Source: an uncultured cyanobacterium
GTDB taxonomy: Bacteria; Cyanobacteriota; Cyanobacteriia; Cyanobacteriales; CAWCAG01
Length of the DNA stretch: 64,000 bases
Direction of reading: 5' to 3'
Assembly (NCBI GenBank): GCA_963793425.1
Contig: CAWCAG010000001.1
Location: 256,001-320,000, forward strand
Both the position numbers and the translations under genes were made by a program. This document shows, piece after piece, positions 10,485 to 23,007 of this stretch (positions are counted from its first letter, which is position 1; the number at the start of each line of letters is the position of its first letter). Under the pieces are notes generated by a model. The model did not search any database, was not told where the DNA came from, and was given only the letters and a program-made list of their open reading frames with translations.

Positions 10485-12382
10485 CTAATCTAAATAACGA
10501 TCAAGAAAAATTCCCAACCCATTATGTACTCTCGCTGCTGTTGCGGGAGGACGATCAATAAGTTGATCTCCGAGTACTAATGAAGTTGAACTTCCTCCAT
10601 CAAGATTGAGGGCATCAATTGCTCCTAAACGCTGCATTAACTGGGCCATTTCTGTTAAAGTGGGGCCGCGATCGCCCACACGACGATGAACCGCAGCAAT
10701 GATGATTTTGCCTTGGGAAGTTGTACCGATGGCACTGCGGGAAGCCTTTTGAGTATTAAAGGCTGCACTAAATTGTTCCCCTGCACCATCTAAAACAATT
10801 TGTTGATTATTAACGAGTAAAGGCCCTGCACCCAAAATGTTAGGATAGTCTGCAAAGTCTCCAGGAGTGGTATTGCTAGTAATATTAATCTGGGTGGCAA
10901 CGGGTAAATTGGCTGCGGCAGTTTTGAAAGAGCGCAGGGCTAATAAGTATCCGTTTTCAGGAATAGCAAAAGCTTGAGTACCTGCTTTCCCTGCCGGAAT
11001 TTGCCCTGTAACCTGGTTATTCTGCACCATAACCATAATCTCATTATCGCTGAGGGGAGTGTAACTAGAACCCCATTCAGGGCTGTAGAGGGAGACTCCA
11101 GCCTTGATATAGCCACTATTAACGTGTTGGATGGGATAACTTTGTCCGGTGGAAGTAGTTAGGGTGGATTGTAAACTGAGGCGGCCAATTTTCACCCTAC
11201 CTTGATTATCCCAGGCGATCGCACCTCGATTTAAAATCGGGCAGAAAACCACTGATTATCCTCACGAATTGCCCCTAATGGTAGCTTGTTGTTGCGGTTA
11301 AAAAAGCCCCCATTAATAGCCGCAGAACTTCTTACCTGCCTTGCTGTGCTAACAATAGGATTAATACCTGTCATGCCATCATTTGGCCAAATTGGTTGCA
11401 AGGAAATACCTGGGGTACTTAAATCTACTTCTAACCAAACCACCGGAAACTTACCTGTCGGCAGGTTAATAAATTGCTGTTGCCACCGTACTCCCGGACT
11501 CCAGAGAATATCTTTGGGGGTGAAGGTTTCCGGTTGAATATCAATAACTAAACGAGGGGGATTAGCTAGACTCGAAACATTTAACTCTTGCCCTGTGGGG
11601 ACATCCACTCGCAGGATGGCTTGATTATTAGATTGTTCTAAACTAAACACAGGAGGATCAGTAGGTTTATTACCTGCGGTTTCTGGTAAGGGTGCAAAGC
11701 GCTGCAATAAGAGAGGATCAACACCACCTTGAATAGTTACCACCCCTTGACCAAGAACTTGCCAAGCTGTAGGCTTATCTAAGTTAAGGATGATTTGCTG
11801 TCCTTGTCCTTGAGAACGATAGCTGGCATTGCTAAGGCGGGAAGGAGCATAATTAATTTGCAGAGTATCCCCTACCACCTCCATTTGCCAACCAGCAGTT
11901 TGGGCAAAATCAGTAACATCAAGATAGCGATAGGGGCTGATTAGTTGGGCATTAAGGGTAAAAGTTTGGGAAGCATTGACAGGAAACCAACGTACAGGCT
12001 GCAAAGTAGGATTGTTGGTACTCAACAACTCCATACCCAACATTTGCATCGCCCCAGTATCGCTGATACCAGTACGCATTGCTGCGGTTGTGCTTCCTTG
12101 CCACTGACTCCAAGCTACAGGCATGGTACGACCATTAATGGCGATTTGGCTACCTTGACGTATTGCTTGGGTAGAAGAGAGGTTGTTTTCTGTTATTAAG
12201 GGAGTAAGAATTGGGGGTTCTAAACTTGCTTCTTCCGGGGAAATAGTTTCTACAACAACATTTTCCTCTGTTGCATTAGCTAAGGATGGTTTAGGGAATA
12301 AACAATAGGCAAAAGGTAATAAGACGAAGAGATACAAAGAAACTTTATTGAAGGAAAATAACACTTTAGTTTGACAACTCAT
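10485..12382 (-). pseudogene. Phosphodiester glycosidase (NAGPA/DUF2233-like) family protein, split by a 1-bp frameshift
   Basis: AAINGGFFN in upstream ORF; GAGPLL, RSAIG, ALNLDGGSST in downstream ORF; adding one G near 11241 restores WFSGPILNRGAIAW. May be a sequencing error. Confidence 0.85.
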
Positions 12383-12507
12383 TTAATCTCACCATAGTAA
12401 ATCAAAAAGATTACTAACTATTGATAATTTACGGGAATGGTGACGATAAACTTAACCTAGTTAGTTCCGCAACCAATATAAATAGTATAAAAATTTCCCA
12501 GGGTAGA

Positions 12508-12618
12508 TGTTTACCTTCCATGTCCATTTTAAGAAAGCTCCCAACCCCGCACCGAAAGAAATATTTTTTTTGAATTGAGACTGAATTTTATCTGATGAAA
12601 TAATTATAGCATAAATTA
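12508..12618 (-). promoter_or_regulatory. 110-bp duplicated segment with extended -10 box (TGCTATAAT), copy A
   Basis: Homologous to 24810-24918: tgtttacct.ccatg.ccattttaagaaag at one end and ataattata.ca.aaatta at the other. Confidence 0.6.
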
Positions 12619-12661
12619 TGCAACAATAAATAGAACAAAGTCAATATGAGAGTCATCACGT

Positions 12662-12749
12662 AAGGGCGACCCGTCTGTTCTTAATTTCAGTCACCAACAA
12701 ACCAAACTAATTGGGTCGCCCTTGACGGGGATTAAAGGTAGATTGCAGC
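12662..12749 (-). repeat. Solitary CRISPR-repeat-like sequence fused to an 11-bp inverted repeat
   Basis: Minus strand GCTGCAATCTACCTTTAATCCCCGTCAAGGG...GTGACTGAAAT; perfect IR aagggcgaccc (12662-12672) / gggtcgccctt (12713-12723). Confidence 0.45.
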
Positions 12750-12922
12750 ATTAATTAGAAACAGAATCCCCTCAAATGATTATTCAATCCTCACGGGAGT
12801 ATGTAGCAAAATGGCAAGCAAAAGTAATTTTGCCACTTCTAAAAAGCATTGTAGCCAAGCATTCCAGCTAAATTGAACACCCAAACAACTTCCCACCTTG
12901 CAAATATAAATATATAACTATC

Positions 12923-12958
12923 AGCAACTAGCAACTAGCAACTAGCCATTAGCAACTA
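12923..12958. repeat. Heptamer tandem repeat (agcaact)n
   Basis: About 5 imperfect copies read directly. Confidence 0.8.
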
Positions 12959-13313
12959 ACAATATTGTGAAATTTGCCTATTTCCTATAAGATTGCTAAT
13001 CCAGGACATTAACAGCATCGTAATCATGCTATTAGTGTTTTCAACTTATTCAATCCTTTATGTAATTAAGGGAATATTACTTAGGGAATATCTCGCCCAG
13101 ATAACGGCAAGTAAAAAGTGATATTTTCCTCACCGCAATTCATAGCCAAAGACGAAAACTCGAAGTCTTGGCACGATAAGTTAACTAGCGGTAAGGATAT
13201 ATATTCCATAAGTCCCTATAATTAATCAATCGGAGTGGCAGTCAAACTTTAAGTTAGGCAAAAGGCGACCAGCCTTTAAGTTAAGTAAATAAACTTCTTA
13301 TCTTTACACAAAA

Positions 13314-16300
13314 ATGATCATGAATAACAGGAGTGTACGGGCCAATCGGCAGTCTACTTTAACCCAAAATCAGACTCCCTATCCAGGCCAGCGTTGGTTA
13401 GTTGAAGAAAGGGATGCTTGTGGGGTGGGCTTTATTGCTGATTCTACTGGCAAAGCTAGTCATAAACTCATAGAACAGTCTTTATCTGCTTTGGGTTGTT
13501 TGGAACATAGAGGCGGCTGTAGTGCTGACCAGGATTCTGGAGACGGATCTGGAATAATGACCGCAGTTCCTTTACAGGTCTTGCAGCCTTGGTTTGAGCA
13601 AGAAAATCTTACCATGCCTACTGAAGAAAAGTTAGGGGTGGGGATGGTGTTTTTGCCTCAAGATGAAGCAGAAGCAAAAGAAGGTCGTGGTTTCATTGAA
13701 AATGTTGTTGAAGAGGAAGGCTTAAAGGTTTTAGGTTGGCGAGTTGTCCCTGTCTTTCCGGAAGTTTTAGGGCCTCAAGCCAAGGAAAATCAGCCCCGTA
13801 TTGAACAAATTTTCGTAACATCTTCAACCCTACAAGGAGATGAATTAGATCGGGTTTTATATGTAGCGCGATCGCGGGTAGGTAAGAAATTAGCAGAGAA
13901 TTTCTATATTTGTTCTTTCTCCTGTCGCACCATCGTTTACAAAGGAATGGTTAGAGCAGCGATTTTAGGGGAATTTTATGGGGATTTAAAAGACCCTAAT
14001 TACGAAAGCTGCTTTGCTGTTTATCATCGCCGCTTCAGCACTAATACCATGCCGAAATGGCCCTTAGCACAGCCGATGCGTTTGCTGGGTCATAATGGGG
14101 AAATTAATACCCTTTTAGGTAACATCAATTGGATGATGGCGAGAGAGTCGAATTTATCTGCCCCTAATTGGAGCGAGGAAGCCCTAGAAGGACTGAAGCC
14201 CTTAGTTAATAGTGAAAATAGCGACTCTTCTAATTTAGACAGTGCTATGGAGTTGCTGGTGCGGACAGGCATCAGCCCCTTAGAAGCAGCCATGATTCTT
14301 GTGCCAGAGGCTTATAAAAATCAACCTGATTTGGAACAATATCCAGAAATTGTCGATTTTTACGAATACTATAGCGGCTTACAAGAACCTTGGGATGGGC
14401 CAGCTTTACTGGTATTTAGTGATGGCAAAACCGTTGGGGCAACCTTAGATCGGAATGGTTTACGGCCGGCACGGTATAGCATTACTAAAGATGGTTATGT
14501 GGTCGTAGCTTCTGAAGCTGGGGTGGTGGATTTACCAGAGGCAGATATTGTTACCAAAGGTAGGTTAGGGCCAGGACAAATGATTGCAGTGGACTTAGAA
14601 AGTCATGAAGTCTTAACCAACTGGGAAATTAAACAGCGCATCGCTAATCAGCGTCCTTTTGGTGAATGGATTAAACAACATCGTCGCAACATTCAACCCC
14701 AACCCTTCACAGCAGAAATCACTTTAGATAATACCTTACTGCGTAATCAAACTGCTTTTGGTTACACAGCAGAAGATGTGGACATGATTATTGTCCCCAT
14801 GGCAACAGCAGGGAAAGAACCAACCTTTTGTATGGGAGACGACATTCCCTTAGCCATCCTTTCTGACAAACCCCGCCTCCTTTACGACTATTTTAAACAG
14901 CGTTTTGCTCAAGTAACCAATCCTCCCATTGACCCTTTGCGGGAAACCTTGGTGATGTCTTTAAGTATGCAGTTAGGGGAAAGGGGCAACCTCCTGGCAG
15001 CATCTCCGGCAGGGGCGAAGTTACTGAAAATAGAAAGTCCTTTGCTGAATGAAGCAGAATTAACTGCGGTGATAGAACAAAAGGAATTTCCTTGCACCAA
15101 ACTATCAACCCTCTATAAAATTACTACAGGGCCAGAAGGTTTAGCTGCTGCTGTCGAAAAGTTATGTCAAGAAGCTGCCGCCGCAGTGGAAAAGGGAGCA
15201 AAAATCTTAGTGCTTAGTGAACGGGAAGGGGATAGTATAAATGAAGAATCTAGTTACATTCCCCCCTTACTAGCAGTAGGGGCTGTTCACCACCACCTAA
15301 TTCGCTCTGGATTGCGCCTCAAAGCAAGCATAGTTGTTGATACTGCTCAATGTTGGAGTACTCACCATTACGCTTGCTTAATTGGTTATGGGGCTTCGGC
15401 GATTTGTCCCTACCTGGCACTAGAAACCTTAAGGCAATGGTGGCATGAGAGCAAAACCCAAAAATTAATGGAGCGGGGTAAAATTGAAAAAATCAGCCTC
15501 ACTACAGCTTTAAAACAATACCGTCAAGCCGTAGAAGCAGGTTTGTTGAAAATCCTCTCCAAAATGGGTATTTCCCTCCTCTCTTCTTACCACGGGGCGC
15601 AGATTTTTGAAGCCATTGGTTTAGGAGTAGATTTAGTTGAGTTAGGCTTTACCGGGACAACCTCTCGTTTAGGAGGTTTAAGTATTAGGGATTTGGCACA
15701 GGAAGTGGTTTCCTTCCACCGCCGCGCCTTCCCTACCTTAGAAGGTAAAAAGTTAGAAAACTTCGGTTTTATTAATTACCGTCCTGGGGGAGAGTATCAT
15801 ATGAACTCCCCAGAAATGTCTAAGTCTTTGCATAAAGCCGTAGCAGATCGCAACTATGACCACTACGAAGTTTATCAGAAGTACTTAGAAGAGAGGCCTT
15901 TAACCGCACTGCGAGATTTATTGGATTTTGACAGCGATCGCGACTCTATTCCTGTTGCAGAAGTAGAATCGGTCGAAGAAATTGTCAAACGCTTCTGCAC
16001 TGGTGCAATGTCCCTCGGTTCCTTATCTAGAGAGGCCCACGAAACCCTCGCCGTTGCCATGAATCGCATCGGTGGTAAATCCAACTCTGGGGAAGGGGGA
16101 GAAGATCCGGTCAGATTCAAGGTTTTGAATGATGTAGATGAAACTGGTTACTCCCCCACCCTACCCCACCTCAAGGGTTTAAAAAATGGTGATACTGCTA
16201 GTTCCGCCACCAAACAAATAGCCTCCGGACGCTTCGGTGTCACCCCAGCTTATTTAATGAGTGGCAAGCAACTGGAAATTAAAATGGCCCAAGGTGCGAA

Positions 16301-17948
16301 ACCTGGGGAAGGGGGACAATTACCAGGGAAAAAGGTTAGTGACTACATCGCCATGTTGCGGCTTTCTAAACCAGGAGTAACCTTAATTTCTCCCCCACCT
16401 CACCATGATATTTACTCCATTGAAGATTTAGCACAATTAATCTTTGATTTGCACCAAATTAACCCCAAAGCAAAGGTTTCTGTGAAACTGGTTGCAGAAA
16501 TTGGCATTGGTACTGTGGCTGCTGGGGTTGCCAAAGCTAACGCCGATGTGATTCAAATTTCTGGCCACGACGGAGGTACAGGGGCTTCTCCATTGAGTTC
16601 TATCAAACACGCTGGTGTACCTTGGGAATTAGGAGTAACGGAAGTTCACCGCGTCTTAATGGAAAACGGACTGCGGAATCGCGCCATTCTCCGGGCTGAT
16701 GGTGGGCTGAAAACTGGCTGGGATGTGATTATGGCAGCTTTGATGGGGGCAGAAGAATACGGTTTTGGTTCTGTTTCTATGATTGCAGAAGGTTGCATTA
16801 TGGCGAGAATTTGCCACACTAACAACTGTCCGGTAGGGGTTGCCACCCAACAAGAGAAGCTGCGGAAGCGTTTTACCGGTATTCCTGATCATGTAGTTAA
16901 CTTCTTCTACTTTGTCGCTGAAGAAGTTCGTTCTTTGTTAGCAAAGTTAGGTTATCGTCGCTTAGAAGAAGTGATTGGTCGTGCAGACATCCTCACCCCT
17001 AAGCAGGATGTACAAATCACTAAAACCAGCACCTTAATTCTCGACTGCTTAACCAAACTTCCTGATGTCCGTACAAATAGGAGTTGGTTAAATCATGAAG
17101 AAGTCCATAGCAACGGCCCAGTGTTAGATGATCAACTCCTAGCTGACTCGGAAATTAGCACCGCTATTCGTGATCAAGGTTCGGTTAGTAAAAACCTCAC
17201 CATTGTTAACACAGACCGTACTGTGGGTTCTCGTGTTGCTGGGGTGATCGCTAAGCAATATGGCAACAACGGCTTTGAAGGGCAAATCAGCCTTAACTTC
17301 AAAGGTGCAGCCGGTCAAAGTTTTGGTGCTTTCAACCTGACAGGAATGAAACTTGTCTTATCAGGGGAAGCCAATGATTATGTAGGTAAGGGGATGAATG
17401 GGGGAGAAATTATTATTAAGCCTCCTAGTGATGCCAACTACGACCCTGCCAACAACGTGATCATCGGCAACACCTGCTTGTACGGTGCTACAGGAGGGGC
17501 TTTGTATGCTAACGGCAGGGCGGGAGAACGTTTCGGCGTTCGCAACTCCCTTGGTAGGGCTGTGATTGAAGGAGCAGGAGATCATTGCTGTGAATATATG
17601 ACTGGGGGTGTGATTGTTGTTCTCGGTACAGTTGGGCGCAACGTGGGGGCTGGTATGACAGGGGGTTTAGGTTACTTCCTTGATGAAGACGGCAGTTTCC
17701 CCAAAAAGGTTAATGCGGAACTAATTAAGATTGGGCGCATTAACTCAACTGCGGGGCAAAAGCAACTTCAGGATTTAATTACCGCTCATTATCAGCGTAC
17801 TAACTCCCAGAAAGCTAAGATGATTCTCGATAATTGGGAATCCTACCTCAGTAAGTTTTGGCAAGTTATACCACCTTCTGAGGCTGAAAATCTTGAGGTG
17901 GTAGCCACCAGACCAGAAACGCAAAAGACCCTTACTTCTGTACAGTAG
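13314..17948 (+). CDS. glsF: Ferredoxin-dependent glutamate synthase (Fd-GOGAT)
   Basis: ERDACGVGF glutaminase start, [30 protein letters not shown]e-S motif; no small subunit gene follows. Confidence 0.96.
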   Translation: MIMNNRSVRANRQSTLTQNQTPYPGQRWLVEERDACGVGFIADSTGKASHKLIEQSLSALGCLEHRGGCSADQDSGDGSGIMTAVPLQVLQPWFEQENLTMPTEEKLGVGMVFLPQDEAEAKEGRGFIENVVEEEGLKVLGWRVVPVFPEVLGPQAKENQPRIEQIFVTSSTLQGDELDRVLYVARSRVGKKLAENFYICSFSCRTIVYKGMVRAAILGEFYGDLKDPNYESCFAVYHRRFSTNTMPKWPLAQPMRLLGHNGEINTLLGNINWMMARESNLSAPNWSEEALEGLKPLVNSENSDSSNLDSAMELLVRTGISPLEAAMILVPEAYKNQPDLEQYPEIVDFYEYYSGLQEPWDGPALLVFSDGKTVGATLDRNGLRPARYSITKDGYVVVASEAGVVDLPEADIVTKGRLGPGQMIAVDLESHEVLTNWEIKQRIANQRPFGEWIKQHRRNIQPQPFTAEITLDNTLLRNQTAFGYTAEDVDMIIVPMATAGKEPTFCMGDDIPLAILSDKPRLLYDYFKQRFAQVTNPPIDPLRETLVMSLSMQLGERGNLLAASPAGAKLLKIESPLLNEAELTAVIEQKEFPCTKLSTLYKITTGPEGLAAAVEKLCQEAAAAVEKGAKILVLSEREGDSINEESSYIPPLLAVGAVHHHLIRSGLRLKASIVVDTAQCWSTHHYACLIGYGASAICPYLALETLRQWWHESKTQKLMERGKIEKISLTTALKQYRQAVEAGLLKILSKMGISLLSSYHGAQIFEAIGLGVDLVELGFTGTTSRLGGLSIRDLAQEVVSFHRRAFPTLEGKKLENFGFINYRPGGEYHMNSPEMSKSLHKAVADRNYDHYEVYQKYLEERPLTALRDLLDFDSDRDSIPVAEVESVEEIVKRFCTGAMSLGSLSREAHETLAVAMNRIGGKSNSGEGGEDPVRFKVLNDVDETGYSPTLPHLKGLKNGDTASSATKQIASGRFGVTPAYLMSGKQLEIKMAQGAKPGEGGQLPGKKVSDYIAMLRLSKPGVTLISPPPHHDIYSIEDLAQLIFDLHQINPKAKVSVKLVAEIGIGTVAAGVAKANADVIQISGHDGGTGASPLSSIKHAGVPWELGVTEVHRVLMENGLRNRAILRADGGLKTGWDVIMAALMGAEEYGFGSVSMIAEGCIMARICHTNNCPVGVATQQEKLRKRFTGIPDHVVNFFYFVAEEVRSLLAKLGYRRLEEVIGRADILTPKQDVQITKTSTLILDCLTKLPDVRTNRSWLNHEEVHSNGPVLDDQLLADSEISTAIRDQGSVSKNLTIVNTDRTVGSRVAGVIAKQYGNNGFEGQISLNFKGAAGQSFGAFNLTGMKLVLSGEANDYVGKGMNGGEIIIKPPSDANYDPANNVIIGNTCLYGATGGALYANGRAGERFGVRNSLGRAVIEGAGDHCCEYMTGGVIVVLGTVGRNVGAGMTGGLGYFLDEDGSFPKKVNAELIKIGRINSTAGQKQLQDLITAHYQRTNSQKAKMILDNWESYLSKFWQVIPPSEAENLEVVATRPETQKTLTSVQ

Positions 17949-17957
17949 GCATTCATC

Positions 17958-17988
17958 AAACCCCCAGCATTTGTAAAACTGGGGGTTA
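17958..17988 (+). terminator. Hairpin downstream of glutamate synthase
   Basis: aacccccag / ctgggggtt 9-bp stem about 10 nt after the stop, followed by T-rich sequence. Confidence 0.7.
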
Positions 17989-17994
17989 ATCTTT

Positions 17995-19180
17995 CCTTCT
18001 TTTAGTTGGTCTGTGGGTAGCATTAGTTTGATTGGGGGACTAGCCCCCCAAACCCCCCAGCAAGGAAACAAGTGTTTCCCTACAACCCTTCCTAATCGCT
18101 TCGCTCTTTGTTGGTTGTGTTTGGCTGGCTAGTTTGGGGTTGGTCTATCGTCGGAGTTAGAGTTGGTGGTAGGGCGCATTTAGATTTAGGATCGTTGTTG
18201 AAAAGGTTGTTTATTGATGGTTAAGAGTAAATAGCTTTGTTCAATTGATATGTAGTAAATATTTAGGTGTTTTATATAATATGAAATAGAAAAAATTTAG
18301 TTGATCCTTCTTTTAGTTTAGCTGTGGGTAGCATTAGTTTGATTGGGGGACTAGCCCCCCAAACCCCCCAGCAAGGAAACAAGTGTTTCCCTACAACCCT
18401 TCCTAATCGCTTCGCTCTTTGTTGGTTGTGTTTGGCTGGCTAGTTTGGGGTTGGTCTATCGTCGGAGTTAGAGTTGGTGGTAGGGCGCATTTAGATTTAG
18501 GATCGTTGTTGAAAAGGTTGTTTATTGATGGTTAAGAGTAAATAGCTTTGTTCAATTGATATGTAGTAAATATTTAGGTGTTTTATATAATATGAAATAG
18601 AAAAAATTTAGTTGATCCTTCTTTTAGTTTAGCTGTGGGTAGCATTAGTTTGATTGGGGGACTAGCCCCCCAAACCCCCCAGCAAGGAAACAAGTGTTTC
18701 CCTACAACCCTTCCTAATCGCTTCGCTCTTTGTTGGTTGTGTTTGGCTGGCTAGTTTGGGGTTGGTCTATCGTCGGAGTTAGAGTTGGTGGTAGGGCGCA
18801 TTTGGATTTAGGATCGTTGTTGAAAAGGTTGTTTATTGATGGTTAAGAGTAAATAGCTTTGTTCAATTGATATGTAGTAAATATTTAGGTGTTTTATATA
18901 ATATGAAATAGAAAAAATTTAGTTGATCCTTCTTTTAGTTTAGCTGTGGGTAGCATTAGTTTGATTGGGGGACTAGCCCCCCAAACCCCCCAGTGGGGAA
19001 ACAAGTGTTTCCCCACCCCCCTTCCTAACCGCTTCGCTCTTTGTTGGTTGTGTTTAGCTGGCTAATTTTATGGTTGGTCTATCGTTGGAATTGGACAGTG
19101 GTGGTAGGGCGCATTTGGTTTGAGGCTCGTTGTGGGAAAGGTTGCCTGTTAATAGCTAAGAGCAAATGGCTTTGTTCAAT
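17995..19180. repeat. Tandem array of a 311-bp unit: three near-identical copies plus a diverged partial fourth
   Basis: ccttcttttagtt recurs at 17995, 18306, 18617, 18928 (period 311). Confidence 0.97.
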
Positions 19181-19213
19181 TTATGCGAGTGCATACTTTT
19201 TTCTATTTTTGGA

Positions 19214-22200
19214 TTAGCTGGCTTTTTGTAGTTCGGTGAATTGCCAACGGGTTATGCCTTGTTCTTGGTTGGAGATGACTAGGCCAAACCATTCTAAACG
19301 TTCTAGATTTTGGGCGATCGCATCTAGTTTTTTAGGGGTGATACGCCCTTTAAATTGGGCGGCGATTTGTTTTACTGTCCATTGTCCGGGGGTGCTACGG
19401 AGTAAGTCGCGGATGGCGGCGAGTTGTTCTTTGGGTTTGCTGGGCCATTTTTGTTGTTCTACCGGAGGAACGATGGTTTCTTCTGGGGTGGTGATTTCGG
19501 TGAGGGTGGTTTGTTGATGTTGTATTTCTTCGGGGGCCTGGTATTCTGGACGTAGCCAGCGAATGAGGCCGTTACGTTCTTCTTCTGCCCTTTCTGCATT
19601 GAGGTTGACGAGGCGTTGGAGGATTTCTTCATCGGTGAGGTTTTGTGGCCAACCGTAAGCCTCAAAGACGGCGGTGTCTAGTTGGTCGTGGATTTGTTTG
19701 AGGGTGGAGACGAGGGCTTTATTGTTGTATTCCCGGTCTTTTTCCGTGAAGGGTTCCCCTGCCCGAAGTTTTTCCAGGAGGTTGTACATTCCGGTGATGG
19801 TTATTTCTGGATGGGCGGCTTGTACTTGTTTGCGGTGAGTGTCGAGGCGTTCACCTAGTTGGCGGATTTTTTGTTTTTGTTGGGGGGTTGGGTTTGGGAA
19901 GGGGAAGGGATCGAAGCATCGGGTATGGTTGTAGACAGGATCATTTCCGACTCCCATCCACCCACCTATTGCAGTAGCCCACTTCACATGAATATGACTC
20001 GATAAAACACCAAGATAGTAACAACTATCTGTAAAAATCATAACCACTCCACTTTCTGCCATTACATTAGATTTGAATAAACTAAATGTTCTATGTTTTG
20101 CTGTTCTGGTTGTAGCTATGTAGTTGTTTATTCCGTGCAAGCCTTCTCTTATGCTTATGTTTGAACGTCGATATTTCCACCACTCCCGCCTAAGTCTAGG
20201 ATCATTGTTAATTTGTCTGGTTGGCTTCACCTTTTCTAGAAGCCATTGATAAATAATTGGATACCGAATTTTTAGTTCTTGTTCTGGCAAGTGATTAACA
20301 TCTATTACATATCTCTCTTCTAGTTTTTGAGCTAAATCTCGTCCTGTAACAAAAGGGTGTACAACTTCTGACTGAATAAGAGCGTTATGGTTTTTATCAA
20401 TAAGAAAGCCTTGACTACCAAGCTCAAAACCTTTAGAGGTAAGATTTACATTGCTCTTTAAAACTTTAGCTTTCGTCGTATCAATACCGAAACTAAGATC
20501 ACTAAAAATTCTATCAACTTTTTTATACTTAATTAAAATTGCTGTTGCTTTATCTTCAGGAGTTTCTCCTTCATTCTCAGTTACTACAATACCTAACTGG
20601 GCAATTCCCACAGGTTTTCTGGAGTTGTTAAGTGCGCCAGCCGTCATAGTAATCCTAACTGCTGCTCCTCCATCAACCCAAGGATGATCCGGAATTGCGA
20701 AAATGATTCGAATGGGTCTCTTTTGCTTGAAGTGAAAGTCGATAACCTTCCTCTGGCGAACCTGGCGAATACTATTGGTTGTAATAACTCCAAATCGCTC
20801 AACCTTTCCCACCTGAACTAACTTGGCCGCTTTGTGCCACCAATACATAACATAATCAACTGTCTCTGAAACATCCGAATAGGTTGCCCGTAGAGTTTCT
20901 GTGTAACCGTCACCAAGGGCTTCTCTCATCCTCGCATTCCCAATAAAAGGCGGATTAGAAACCACATAATCAGCCTCCGGCCACTCCGCCTGCCTCGCAT
21001 TCAAATACTTATAAATCACCACCTGATCATCTGCATCAGGAACATCTTCCCCCGTCACTGGATGCTTGATCATCTTGCCACCCCAACGAGTCCTCACCTT
21101 CCCCGTTTTGGAGTCAACATCCGCTTCCTTGCCATCATAAGCCAACACTGCATCGCGACATTCAATATTATTAAACGCCTGCAAAACTGGTTGTGGTGGG
21201 GCAGAGTTGCCATAACGTTTAAAATACCATTGTAAATAACCAATCCAAATAACTAACTCGGCGATCGCCGCTGCCCTGGGGTTAATTTCAATGCCTAAAA
21301 ATTGCGACGGGTTAATTTGTTCCAAGACATTTAACTGTACCTTTCCTACCACATCCACCAGGCGTTTACTAACTTCTTGTTCCAACCCTTTAAGCAAATC
21401 TAAACAGACATAAAGAAAATTCCCTGTACCACAAGCCGGATCAAGAATCCTCAAACTACGAAGCTTAGCCAAGAATCCCCGTATCTCCTCCTCTGCTTTT
21501 TTGTTCTGAGTGGCAGTTTCTGACTCCAACAAGCGCTTGATTTCTAGCTCAATCTCATCCCACTCCTGACGCAAAGGTTCCATCACCACCGGACGCACTA
21601 GCCTTTCTACATAGGAACGAGGTGTATAGTGCGCCCCCAAGCGACTTCGTTCTTTTTTGTTTAAAGCCCGTTCTAACAAAGTCCCGAAAATAGCAGGTTC
21701 TACCTGACTCCAATCCTTGGCTGCTGCGGCGTATAACACCTCTAGCTGCTCTGTGGGTAATTCAAATGCCTTTGCTTCCTCAAAAAAGCTCCCATTGAAC
21801 CGTAATACCCGCTCAAAGCCGAATGTACCTCCGGTATTCATGGTTTGCCACAGGGATTCTATTTCTGGCTTAAAAGTTTGGGGGTTGGGAATCCAGCGAT
21901 CGCGCAGTGCTTTAGTAAACATTTCCCCTTTCAACAACTCCACATCCTCAGCAAACATGGTGAAGATGCAACGCATCAAAAAGCTGGCGGTTTCTTGGGG
22001 TTCCTTTCCCTTGTGCTTCTAACCACCGGGACAACTTGGCTAACTCTGCTGCAACCTCCCTTGTTACCCGCGCCCGATACTTTTCTGGATTAAGGCTTTG
22101 AGGGTCAGTGAAAATCTTGACAAAACGGTTAAAGATTTCCGGTTGCTGTAAATCGGCTAAATTAACCTGTTGTCTCGCCCCATAACTACCATATTCCCCA

Positions 22201-22640
22201 CTAAACCCCTGCCAAATTTCAAAATGGGAACCAATATCACAGGTAATTAAAAACGGGGGTAAAGATGGTAGCATCCGGTTATAGGCGTAGGATTTGCCTT
22301 GGTTAAAAGCTTTTTGCATCGCATCCCCGTAGCTTTTTGTCCCTCGCTTACCATGACCTTTACTAGATTTGATGCTGCCCTGTTTTGCTTCAATGAGAAA
22401 GTGACCTTCTTTATAAAAATCTGCAAAGCGAGTAGATTCAGTTCTCTCGCTGTAAAACTTAATATCCTTCTCAAAACAATAAGGATCACCGGAAACACTA
22501 CCTTTGGGCGGCGGTACTTCCACACCTAAAGCCAGACATAAATCACCAAAGAAGGTTTGATAATTAGCCCGTTCATTCCCTTCTGAACCTTGCCACTTTT
22601 TCAAAAATGTCCGGACGCGCTGTTTATCTGCTTCCTGCAT
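19214..22640 (-). pseudogene. MmeI-like Type IIL/IIG restriction-modification enzyme, split by a +1 frameshift
   Basis: N-terminal ADFYKEGHFLIEAKQ nuclease motif, GAHYTP, LDPACGTGNF, NPPF; one extra A in gggaaaggaacccc (minus strand, about 22005) separates the two ORFs. May be a sequencing error. Confidence 0.9.
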
Positions 22641-22736
22641 GGCAATCTTTCATCTAGATTGGAAGTATTATATTTAAAGCTATGCTACTAAGTTTATACT
22701 ATATTTTAATGCCGTACTAACCTTAGTGCCTTCAAA

Positions 22737-22923
22737 ATGCCAGCAAAAGATACCTACCATGATCTTGGTAGAAATCATTGCTGATAAAATTTGGTTACAT
22801 CGTGATGGAACTGAAGATGGTATTGCTGGCGATTTACTAGCAGCAGGTATTCCTAAGCAGAAAATTGTTTTAGGTTTTCACCATCCTCAAGTTCGTCAAC
22901 ATACAGAGTTTGCAGAAAAATAA
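22737..22923 (+). pseudogene. xisH/xisI deletion remnant
   Basis: ATG at 22737 gives MPAKDTYHDL (XisH-like start); another frame continues VEIIADKIWLHRDGTEDGIA...IVLGFH (XisI-like C-terminus). Confidence 0.8.
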
Positions 22924-23007
22924 ATTAAATAATCTAGAGTTAGTTCGGACAGCCTGAGAAACTTGGGTTTGACGGAAAGCACAATTCTTTAACGGATCCG
23001 CCCCTAC

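Noticed and set aside
12960..13313. NtcA site upstream of glutamate synthase
   Set aside because: No convincing GTA-N8-TAC found by eye
17775..18071. 98-aa minus-strand ORF
   Set aside because: Antisense to the glutamate synthase 3' end and starts within the non-coding repeat
17995..19180. CRISPR array
   Set aside because: Whole 311-bp units repeat; there are no unique spacers and no cas genes
19214..22923. Excisable fdxN-type element or prophage around the RM gene and xisHI remnant
   Set aside because: No recombinase, no interrupted host gene and no att-like direct repeats seen
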